A stretch of 64,000 bases of DNA from a virus, in the IMG/VR virus record IMGVR_UViG_3300025809_000014, positions 1 through 64,000 of that record; one strand, 5' to 3'. Under the pieces are notes generated by a model. It made no database searches. It was not told the DNA's origin and saw only the letters and a list, made by a program, of their open reading frames with translations. This document shows positions 9,073 to 16,476 of this stretch, piece after piece (the stretch's first letter is position 1; the number at the start of each line of letters is the position of its first letter). Made by a program: the position numbers and the translations under genes.

Positions 9073-10011
9073 ATGATCAGCATATGTTCACAACCAGATG
9101 AACCATATTTTCACTGGCAAAACTTAGTACAATTCCACAATCTAGAAAAGATGGGATTATTAAAAGACCATCGTGCAGTGTTTTTATACAAAGCTGGGAG
9201 AAAGGCTTCAGAGTTTTTGAATAAGTTTAAAGAAGCATTCCCTGAAAATGTTTTCATTTTTGAAGACACTAGACAGCAAAAACATTACATACCTACATTA
9301 AAAATACATGGAGTTGTTAAGTATTTGCAGGATGACACTAAGGAACAAGATCTATTTTTAATAGATTCAGATGTTATATTTAGAGAACCTATTGATTACA
9401 GTTTGTTTAAACAAGACAACACTGTTTATTGCAGCGATACTAAAGGTTACCTAGGATATCAATACCTTAAAACAAAAGGTGATGAGATTGTAAAAGATAT
9501 GTGTAACTATATTGGTGTTTCTTTTGATACAATTGTTGAGAAGAATGATGACTCTGGAGGAGCTCAGCTATACTATAAAGGAATTCCTCATGACATACTA
9601 TTAGATTACTTCAAAGAAGTTGAGGTGCAATCACCTAAATTATATGATGTTATGAGAAAACATAAAACATATAATGATTATGATCCTCCAATACAAGCTT
9701 GGACTTCAGAAATGTGGTGTGTTCTATGGTTACTATGGAAACGAAACATTAAAACTGAGATTGTCAAAGAACTAAACTTTAGATGGGCCACAGATTCTAT
9801 AGAGATGTGGGAAACCTACAAAATCTTACACATGGCTGGTGTTGTACCAGATCATAAAGATAAGTTTTATAAAGGGCATTTTATAAATAACAACCCTTTT
9901 AATTACAATTACGACTATGTAGATGATAAATCTATAACAAAAATCTACATAGAAGAGATAATAAATACTAAGAACTCAAAAACTTTTGAGAAGCTAGTAT
10001 CTGAATTTTAA
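9073..10011 (+). CDS. GT-A glycosyltransferase resembling peptidyl O-glycosyltransferases (GT96 SERGT1 / GT95 HPAT)
   Basis: Ordered motifs YFHWQ, YIPTLKIHGVVKYL, FLIDSDVIFREPI (DxD) and AWTSEMW. Confidence 0.7.
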   Translation: MISICSQPDEPYFHWQNLVQFHNLEKMGLLKDHRAVFLYKAGRKASEFLNKFKEAFPENVFIFEDTRQQKHYIPTLKIHGVVKYLQDDTKEQDLFLIDSDVIFREPIDYSLFKQDNTVYCSDTKGYLGYQYLKTKGDEIVKDMCNYIGVSFDTIVEKNDDSGGAQLYYKGIPHDILLDYFKEVEVQSPKLYDVMRKHKTYNDYDPPIQAWTSEMWCVLWLLWKRNIKTEIVKELNFRWATDSIEMWETYKILHMAGVVPDHKDKFYKGHFINNNPFNYNYDYVDDKSITKIYIEEIINTKNSKTFEKLVSEF

Positions 10012-10049
10012 TATAACCTTAATTACTAACCCTTTAAAACAAATTAAAA

Positions 10050-10478
10050 ATGGGAAGCATTAACAAAAGACCGTTAAAGGCATACGTGAGATTCGATGGA
10101 TCTGGGCGTGTAGTAGCAGGTTCTCTTGTATTACGCAGGAATAAACCTAAGGTTGGAAATTGGCAGGAGATTGTAGCATATGAATGTTGCAACCCTACAA
10201 CTACAACAACAACAACAGCACCTTTACCAGCAGGTCAGATTTCTTCAACTTCTGACGTAGCTAACGCATGTACTGAAACACTAGACACTACTGTGTATTT
10301 ACAACTAGCAAGTGTACCTTCAATAGCAATAAATGATATAATCTATCTTGATGCTTCAGGAAGCACTCCTTTCGTTGGAGATGGATCTTACCATAGAGTT
10401 GCAAGTACTGATGGCCAAGAATGGAATGTACAAGTAAACGCTACTGGAGTAGTTCTAGCAGCTGCACTGTGTGTATAA
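10050..10478 (+). CDS. Probable virion accessory protein with CCNP-Thr7 linker
   Basis: Basic N-terminal domain, poly-Thr linker, small beta-rich C-terminal domain. Confidence 0.6.
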   Translation: MGSINKRPLKAYVRFDGSGRVVAGSLVLRRNKPKVGNWQEIVAYECCNPTTTTTTTAPLPAGQISSTSDVANACTETLDTTVYLQLASVPSIAINDIIYLDASGSTPFVGDGSYHRVASTDGQEWNVQVNATGVVLAAALCV

Positions 10479-10487
10479 TATAACTAA

Positions 10488-10518
10488 TAGCTAGGGGTGA
10501 AAACCCCTGGCTGTTTTT
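10488..10518 (+). terminator. Intrinsic terminator
   Basis: TAGCTAGGGGT-GAAA-ACCCCTGGCTG followed by T5. Confidence 0.8.
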
Positions 10519-10531
10519 AACTTAAATATTA

Positions 10532-10819
10532 ATGGAGATAAACAAGAAGTTCTTTCCTGAAGTCTTGTTAGAAAACGAAAAAGCCTATTTTGCACATCTT
10601 GAAGGTGTGATAGGTTCTGTTGATGAGTACTCTAATTTGCAGATTACTCATACAAACAATGCCTACATCTTTAGGTTAGCACCTAGTATGCCTAAGTATA
10701 ATGACATGCTGCTAGAAGAGATTCTTAGACTCCATAATATGTTTAGAATAAAGTTAGATATATCAAAAAGTATAAAAACTACAGGTACTATTGTATTTAA
10801 GATAGACTTGGAAAGCTAA
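10532..10819 (+). CDS. Hypothetical protein
   Basis: 95-aa ORF with A-rich leader. Confidence 0.65.
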   Translation: MEINKKFFPEVLLENEKAYFAHLEGVIGSVDEYSNLQITHTNNAYIFRLAPSMPKYNDMLLEEILRLHNMFRIKLDISKSIKTTGTIVFKIDLES

Positions 10820-10838
10820 CAAATGTTTAGTATATTTG
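10807..10838 (+). promoter_or_regulatory. Bacteroidota-type promoter
   Basis: CTTG-N20-TATATTTG. Confidence 0.65.
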
Positions 10839-10871
10839 TTAGAATTATTATAAACCAATAAATTAAAAATT

Positions 10872-11126
10872 ATGGCACAGTACGATCCAAACAAACGTTA
10901 CACATGGGGACCTGACTCTAAATTTGAACTATCAGGACAAGATTTTGGACTAATTCTTAATACAGTTAGAACATTTTTAGCAACTGAAGAGGCTGGTAAA
11001 TATCAGTTAATGATGCGAACTAATGAAATAATTGAAAAGCTTATGAAAGAAGGAGTTACAAATGAAGTAATTGTTGAAGCTCCAGAAACAGAAACACCTG
11101 CTCCTGCATTGGAAGCAGTAAAGTAA
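10872..11126 (+). CDS. Hypothetical protein
   Basis: 84-aa ORF after a promoter and A-rich leader. Confidence 0.65.
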   Translation: MAQYDPNKRYTWGPDSKFELSGQDFGLILNTVRTFLATEEAGKYQLMMRTNEIIEKLMKEGVTNEVIVEAPETETPAPALEAVK

Positions 11127-11150
11127 AAAACAATCAAAACTTAAGAACTT

Positions 11151-11345
11151 ATGCCTGTAAAGAAAGCTAAGGGAGGGAAGAAAATGATTAAACGTAAAGA
11201 TGGATCCTATAGTCGAAGAGGGCTATGGGATAACATCCGTGCGAACAAAGGTAGTGGTAGAAAACCTACTAAGGCTATGTTAAAGCAAGAGAAAAAGATT
11301 AAAGCAAAAACAAAAAAGAAGAGGGCTACAAAGAAAAAGAAGTAG
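11151..11345 (+). CDS. Small Lys/Arg-rich protein
   Basis: 64 aa, strongly basic, with a GLWDNIRA core. Confidence 0.7.
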   Translation: MPVKKAKGGKKMIKRKDGSYSRRGLWDNIRANKGSGRKPTKAMLKQEKKIKAKTKKKRATKKKK

Positions 11346-11347
11346 TA

Positions 11348-11644
11348 ATGGCTAAGAAAGAAAAAGCTATCAGAAAAACCACTAAGGGTAAATCTGCTAA
11401 TTACAGAGCTACCAAGAAAGGTGCTGGGATGACTAAAAAAGGAGTCAAAGCCTACAGAAAAGCTAATCCTGGATCTAAATTAAAAACTGCTGTAACAGGT
11501 AAGGTTAAGAAAGGATCTAAAGCTGCAAAGAGACGTAAGTCTTATTGCGCTCGTAGTTTGGGACAGTTAAAACGCAGTAGTGCAAAAACTAAAAACAATC
11601 CTAATTCTAGAATAAGACAAGCTAGAAGAAGGTGGAAATGTTAA
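11348..11644 (+). CDS. Small Lys/Arg-rich protein (DUF6321-like)
   Basis: RRKSYCARS...NSRI...RRWKC motif. Confidence 0.65.
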   Translation: MAKKEKAIRKTTKGKSANYRATKKGAGMTKKGVKAYRKANPGSKLKTAVTGKVKKGSKAAKRRKSYCARSLGQLKRSSAKTKNNPNSRIRQARRRWKC

Positions 11645-11662
11645 ATCTCAAAATATATAATT

Positions 11663-11902
11663 ATGATGCGTAAGTATAAAGCAGGTGGAGCTAAAAAGAA
11701 AAAAGCTATGTCTGGAACTAAAATGAAAAAAGCTAAGGCTGGATTAAAGACACCTAAACCTTCACAGAAAGGACTTAAGAAACTGCCTACAGCTGTCCGT
11801 AATAAAATGGGATATGCTAAGAAAGGTAAAACAGTAGCTAAGAAAGCTGGATATGGTAAATCCATGAAAGCTAAAGCTGGTTGTAGAACTAGAAAAAAAT
11901 AA
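11663..11902 (+). CDS. Histone H1/Hc-like Lys/Ala-rich protein
   Basis: KAK/KAG repeats; no acidic residues. Confidence 0.65.
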   Translation: MMRKYKAGGAKKKKAMSGTKMKKAKAGLKTPKPSQKGLKKLPTAVRNKMGYAKKGKTVAKKAGYGKSMKAKAGCRTRKK

Positions 11903-11920
11903 AACACTAACTAATCAACA

Positions 11921-11948
11921 AAGAAGCCCCTTAATTGGGGCTTTTTTT
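11921..11948. terminator. Bidirectional intrinsic terminator at the convergence of the + and - blocks
   Basis: AAGCCCC-TTAATT-GGGGCTT with A- and T-tracts on either side. Confidence 0.8.
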
Positions 11949-11949
11949 A

Positions 11950-12219
11950 TTATAAAGAGTTTATGAAGTGAATGGTCCATGCTATCAACCCATTAAGTTG
12001 CAATAGCACCAGGTTCCACTGTCTTCTAACAGCTACCTGTATCATTACACATATAAACCCTGCTATAAAACATGTTGGTATAAGTGTCCACTGTCCCATG
12101 ATTAAAAAACCTACACCCATGTAACCAACTCTTGTAGCTAGTCTTTCTATAGGAGATAGTCTTCTGTCTCTAACCATTGCTCTAAGCAGTGGCATCCATC
12201 TTGCTTTTATCTTTTTCAT
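11950..12219 (-). CDS. Small multi-pass membrane protein
   Basis: About three hydrophobic helices in 89 aa. Confidence 0.6.
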   Translation of the reverse strand: MKKIKARWMPLLRAMVRDRRLSPIERLATRVGYMGVGFLIMGQWTLIPTCFIAGFICVMIQVAVRRQWNLVLLQLNGLIAWTIHFINSL

Positions 12220-12863
12220 TTTGTATAACTGTTATCATATACATTCTTTTCAAAGAATTTATATTTGGTTTTAAATTTATGTAACAGATAGGGTAGACTT
12301 ATTTGATCTTGTATGGACCATAAACAATTATGGTAAAACCATTCTTTCATTAAGTTATACTCTCTATTCTCCACCACACTTTTAGAGTAAATAAATGTAC
12401 CACACTCTACTAAAAAGTTGTCATTCCAATCGTTATCTTTTTGGTAATGACTTAGTTGTTCGTGTAACTTTTCTCCTCTATATCTATCTAAAATGTATTG
12501 ATTGTTACCATTTAGAAGATCTATTACAAATTTAGTCTCTGATTCTACAGAAGATCTTCCAGAATGTTTAAAGAAACATGCATCAGTGTCTCTACAATAG
12601 TCTACCATTCGTTCAATGGCCCTACCATTTAACAAAGAGAAAGAAGAATCTAACCATATATAATAATCATATCCTGGATAGTCTTCCCAAGCTAACATCT
12701 TTGGCATTTTTGCACGCAATCTAGGATGCATTGCTAAAGGCCTAGCACTGTCAGTTTCATCACTTATTCTATTAAGAGTTATGTCATACTTATTAGACTC
12801 TTGAGGTACCCATGTAGAATGTAGAGGGCTACTAAATGATGCTGTAGTTACTAATACTTTCAT
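12216..12863 (-). CDS. GT-A glycosyltransferase (DUF616/TOD1-MUCI70-like)
   Basis: AKMPKML, YYIWLDSS, FFKH..R, QDQISLPYLL. Confidence 0.7.
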   Translation of the reverse strand: MKVLVTTASFSSPLHSTWVPQESNKYDITLNRISDETDSARPLAMHPRLRAKMPKMLAWEDYPGYDYYIWLDSSFSLLNGRAIERMVDYCRDTDACFFKHSGRSSVESETKFVIDLLNGNNQYILDRYRGEKLHEQLSHYQKDNDWNDNFLVECGTFIYSKSVVENREYNLMKEWFYHNCLWSIQDQISLPYLLHKFKTKYKFFEKNVYDNSYTK

Positions 12864-13618
12864 TTTATAAAGTCAGATAACATTTTTGCATAATCTTTAT
12901 TCCATTTGGGACGCAAGTATACTTCACCTGTAGGTATATTACCTTTTATCCTCTCGTTTTCTATGTGAGCTGAGTGTCTTTCTATAATATTAGGTTTAGT
13001 GTCATCATCTGCACCTTGTCCAGATTGATGATATCCTCTACCGCCCCACATGTAAAACCAAGAAGCTTCTTTTTCAGGGAGCTTAACATTATTAACATAC
13101 TGTCTTCCAAAACCATGGATCTTATTTGTTAAAATTGCATCACCACCAGCATTTACTAATGGACTTTTACCTATTCTCTCCCAGACACTCTTACTATATA
13201 CTATTCCTGAGTTACCCACTCCAGTTATAGCTGTAATGTTAGGTTCATTATAAAACACACCTGTTTCCCAGTGTATTATATTAGTATCATGATTCCAGTT
13301 CTGAGCTATGTTTGTTAAATGATTAGTTAGTGCTACATCATCGTCATCCCATACAGCAATAAGATCTCCTTTACATCGCTCAATAGCATAGTTCTCTTTC
13401 TCTCCTATTAAAGGAAATGTTTCATCTAAGTTATAAATGGTAACTTGGGGGTGATCGTATATTAGTTTTTGTTTGGGGTAATCATTAACAATAACTAACT
13501 CACATCTATCTTTTGGATAATCCTGTATAAGAAAGCTATAAAGTGCTTCTTCTAGTGTATCAACTCGTCCGTATGTAATACATTTACAAGATATAAAAGG
13601 AAATCGACTCATTACCAA
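12860..13618 (-). CDS. Glycosyltransferase family 2
   Basis: ITYGR..LEEAL, ELVIVND, GDLIAVWDDDD. Confidence 0.85.
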   Translation of the reverse strand: MVMSRFPFISCKCITYGRVDTLEEALYSFLIQDYPKDRCELVIVNDYPKQKLIYDHPQVTIYNLDETFPLIGEKENYAIERCKGDLIAVWDDDDVALTNHLTNIAQNWNHDTNIIHWETGVFYNEPNITAITGVGNSGIVYSKSVWERIGKSPLVNAGGDAILTNKIHGFGRQYVNNVKLPEKEASWFYMWGGRGYHQSGQGADDDTKPNIIERHSAHIENERIKGNIPTGEVYLRPKWNKDYAKMLSDFIK

Positions 13619-13908
13619 ACATGTAATATATCAAACGGAGATACTAATAGTACATCTTTTTCATCAGTTAGAGGAATAACCATTGCATCTTTTAACTTTC
13701 CTGGATCTACTAATACTATATCACCAGGTTTTACAGTCTTCACTATGTCTCCAACATCATAAACTTTAAGTTTAGACATCTTTTTTAACATCTGACGCTG
13801 TAACTCTTCTTTAGTGTTCTCGTCAACTATAATTTTACTCTCATCTTTTTTAGGAATCTCTACATAAATTCTGTTTCCTAATAATGCTTTGTATAATTTC
13901 TTTGCCAT
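13612..13908 (-). CDS. groES: Co-chaperonin GroES-like
   Basis: LLGNRIYVE...IIV...VYDVGD..KTVKPGDIVLV; 98 aa. Confidence 0.75.
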   Translation of the reverse strand: MAKKLYKALLGNRIYVEIPKKDESKIIVDENTKEELQRQMLKKMSKLKVYDVGDIVKTVKPGDIVLVDPGKLKDAMVIPLTDEKDVLLVSPFDILHVW

Positions 13909-13909
13909 T

Positions 13910-14209
13910 TTATTCTATGTTTGTTAGTTTTCTAAATCTTTCAATATCTTCTCCATGTAAGTAAGCTTCTGTCTGGTAGACTTCCACTTTCTTTTTAGTG
14001 CCAATAACCTTATTGTTCTTATGGTTAATGTTAGGCACCTCTGTGATACGCTCATGCATGTCATCTAGTAAGACAACAATTGAGTCATCGTTCATCTGAA
14101 CGCTACGAATTACTTTGTTAAGGTTAATACTGTCCGTGTACTCTTTGTACTCTACAGGATCTGTATCCTGTATAGCCTCTTTACGTGTGTAAAAAAATTG
14201 GTTTTTCAT
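13910..14209 (-). CDS. Hypothetical protein
   Basis: 99-aa ORF in a tight operon. Confidence 0.65.
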   Translation of the reverse strand: MKNQFFYTRKEAIQDTDPVEYKEYTDSINLNKVIRSVQMNDDSIVVLLDDMHERITEVPNINHKNNKVIGTKKKVEVYQTEAYLHGEDIERFRKLTNIE

Positions 14210-14224
14210 AATTTTGATTTTAAT

Positions 14225-14683
14225 TTAGTTCCATGATCCACTACCACCAAATGCACCTAGGCCTTCACCTATACCTGCAGCTGTAGCATTTCCACTTGTT
14301 CCCCAAGTTACTTGACATACACCACCATCTTCTGCACCAAATGCAACACCAAATGTTGTAGCCTTTAACAATGTGTCCTGATTACCATAGTAGATAACAC
14401 CTTCACATGTAAGATCACCTACACCAACTCCTCCTGATCCACCTTGGAATTCATAAGACTTTGATCCATCATTGAACTCTACAGTTACGTGTGCATAAAA
14501 TAAAAACCCTTCTACAGTGATTGTACAAGGATGACTAACAACACCATCCATATCTTCTGTAAAACTTTGAGCTGGACGTACATCTAATACTCTTTGATTA
14601 CCATCAGAATCTGGTGTGTTAGGATTGATACCATGAGCAGCAAACCATTTTTCTGCTCTCTTTCTTTTTTGTTCTTTGTTCAT
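14225..14683 (-). CDS. VapA/VapB (Rhodococcus equi virulence-associated protein)-like beta-barrel
   Basis: FY..V....F.G.SGG.G.G....G.IY....L....F...GGSGSW C-terminal pattern. Confidence 0.55.
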   Translation of the reverse strand: MNKEQKRKRAEKWFAAHGINPNTPDSDGNQRVLDVRPAQSFTEDMDGVVSHPCTITVEGFLFYAHVTVEFNDGSKSYEFQGGSGGVGVGDLTCEGVIYYGNQDTLLKATTFGVAFGAEDGGVCQVTWGTSGNATAAGIGEGLGAFGGSGSWN

Positions 14684-14692
14684 AATGTTGAT

Positions 14693-15106
14693 TTATATAT
14701 TTAACTTGTATTTATCTATAAGATATTCTCGTATCTCATTTATTTTTTTATACTTGTAGATATCAGATTCTACATTAGCATGTTCATCAGCTGTCAAAAG
14801 TATAATATTTTCTTTAAGATTCCTAAATTGTGGGTATTTACTTTTAGGAAGTATATGATGAAAATACAAACTAAGCGCTTCTTTACCTAGATATGCACCA
14901 CTCACTTCAGATTTATGAGGTCTTTCTTTCCAAATCTCTTTGAATGTTATATGGTCTGTGTTTGGTTTGGATTTACCAACATTAACTTTACTTTTAAGAG
15001 CTAATGTTGGTTTTTTAAATCCCCTGTTGCCAGACAGTTGTTTTCTAGGCTTATGTTGGAAACAATACTCAGAGTCTGAGTTCTTTCCACATACTAAACA
15101 TTTCAC
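14693..15106 (-). CDS. HNH-type endonuclease with N-terminal Zn ribbon
   Basis: CLVC..CFQH; HHILPKS...NIILLTADEH. Confidence 0.7.
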   Translation of the reverse strand: MKCLVCGKNSDSEYCFQHKPRKQLSGNRGFKKPTLALKSKVNVGKSKPNTDHITFKEIWKERPHKSEVSGAYLGKEALSLYFHHILPKSKYPQFRNLKENIILLTADEHANVESDIYKYKKINEIREYLIDKYKLNI

Positions 15107-16260
15107 AGATCAGATGCATCAAATAGGTCAGGTGATAACACTTGAGGAGCAGTCACTTCTATATCTTTTGCTGCTTCATAATGTATACCGTCATTACCAT
15201 TCTGTCCTATAATATTCATCCTTTCATCGTTTTCTACAATTGGTTCTGGTTCTACTTCAGGTTCTTCTTCAATGCCTTTAATTGCAGAAACTAATGTAGA
15301 TTTTATTGTATCAAAGAAGTTTACATCTTCTAACACCATTTGTTTAAATTCTTCTAAGTCATACTTTACACCGTCAAATGTATACGTTTTACCATACTTA
15401 CGACCTAACTCAAAATCATGTAGCATTTGTAACGCTTCTCCCACTCTATCTATACCTATACCATATACAATATCAAATTGATGCTTCTGGTATGGAGGTG
15501 TCATCTTATTTTTTGTACATCTAACCTTAGTAATGTTACCGTACACATCTTGACCATCCTTTGCTAGTGACCTACTAACTTCTATTCTTACATCAGAATA
15601 AAACTTTAGTGCATGACCACCTTGTGTAGTTGTAGGATTTCCAAACATAACACCAATCTTTTCTCTATATTGAGAGATTACTATAAGACATGTGTTTGTA
15701 TTATGTGCAATAGACTTTAGTTTTGGGTAAGCGCTACTATTTAATCTAGCCTTCTTACCTATTGCATGTTCTCCTACTTCTCCATCTAATACAGCTTTAG
15801 GTATTAATGATGAGTCTGAATCTATAATAATAAGATCCACTTCTCCAGATGACATTAACTCTACAGCAATGTTAAAACCTTCTTCTCCAGATGATGGTTG
15901 TGCAATTAACATACTTCCTGTGTCAACACCTAGAGCTTCAAAGTAATTCTTATCAACAGCATGCTCGCCATCAATATAAACTACTTTACCTCCTTTAGCT
16001 TGAGCGCTAGCTACAGCATGTCCACATATAGTAGATTTACCTGTACCTTCCCAGCCCATAAGCTCGTACATTTTACCTTTTGCAAAACCACCTATCCCTA
16101 AGGTGATCCAATCGAAACCTATTGATCCTGTACTAATTAGATCATAGTCCCCTCCTGTTTTACTGTTTAAAGCTAATACAGTACCTTGACCATATTGCTT
16201 GTTTAACTTTTCCAGCGCATCCTGGAATTTATTCCCTGTTTCTTTCAGCTTTTTCGCCAT
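15103..16260 (-). CDS. recA: RecA recombinase
   Basis: ISTGSIGFD, GWEGTGKST (Walker A), YIDGEHA, QYREKIGVMFGNPTTTQGGHALKFY. Confidence 0.95.
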   Translation of the reverse strand: MAKKLKETGNKFQDALEKLNKQYGQGTVLALNSKTGGDYDLISTGSIGFDWITLGIGGFAKGKMYELMGWEGTGKSTICGHAVASAQAKGGKVVYIDGEHAVDKNYFEALGVDTGSMLIAQPSSGEEGFNIAVELMSSGEVDLIIIDSDSSLIPKAVLDGEVGEHAIGKKARLNSSAYPKLKSIAHNTNTCLIVISQYREKIGVMFGNPTTTQGGHALKFYSDVRIEVSRSLAKDGQDVYGNITKVRCTKNKMTPPYQKHQFDIVYGIGIDRVGEALQMLHDFELGRKYGKTYTFDGVKYDLEEFKQMVLEDVNFFDTIKSTLVSAIKGIEEEPEVEPEPIVENDERMNIIGQNGNDGIHYEAAKDIEVTAPQVLSPDLFDASDL

Positions 16261-16283
16261 ATTTAATTGTTTTAAATTATATT

Positions 16284-16315
16284 CAAATATACTAAAATCT
16301 ACTCTATTTTACAAG
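16284..16315 (-). promoter_or_regulatory. Bacteroidota-type promoter for the recA operon
   Basis: CTTG-N20-TATATTTG on the minus strand. Confidence 0.7.
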
Positions 16316-16316
16316 C

Positions 16317-16348
16317 AAAAAAAGGCCTTAGATTTCTCCAAGGCCCCT
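16317..16348 (-). terminator. Intrinsic terminator
   Basis: GGCCTTGGA-GAAA-TCTAAGGCC followed by T7 on the minus strand. Confidence 0.85.
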
Positions 16349-16399
16349 TTCACAATTAAAAACAGAACAGAAATATTTAATTCAAATCTTGTACCCCCA
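16317..16399 (-). ncRNA. Candidate ~83-nt small RNA
   Basis: Lies between a consensus promoter (16405-16436) and a terminator; no ATG-initiated ORF; carries a 16-nt complement of a phage translation-initiation region. Confidence 0.5.
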
Positions 16400-16404
16400 C
16401 AGTT

Positions 16405-16436
16405 CAAAGTTATAAAATGTATTTCAAACTACCAAA
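16405..16436 (-). promoter_or_regulatory. Bacteroidota-type promoter driving the candidate sRNA
   Basis: TTTG-N20-TAACTTTG. Confidence 0.7.
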
Positions 16437-16476
16437 CTAAATTTGTTAGAAGCTTACATTTTTATAATTAACTTAG

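Noticed and set aside
16381-16401. TTCAAATCTTGTACCCCCACA resembles a tRNA T-loop and 3' acceptor arm
   Set aside because: The upstream bases cannot form the T-stem, and there is no D or anticodon arm. I recognised no tRNA anywhere in the window.
16199-16471. 90-aa + strand track ORF starting at TTG
   Set aside because: Antisense to recA and spans two promoters and a terminator; likely spurious.
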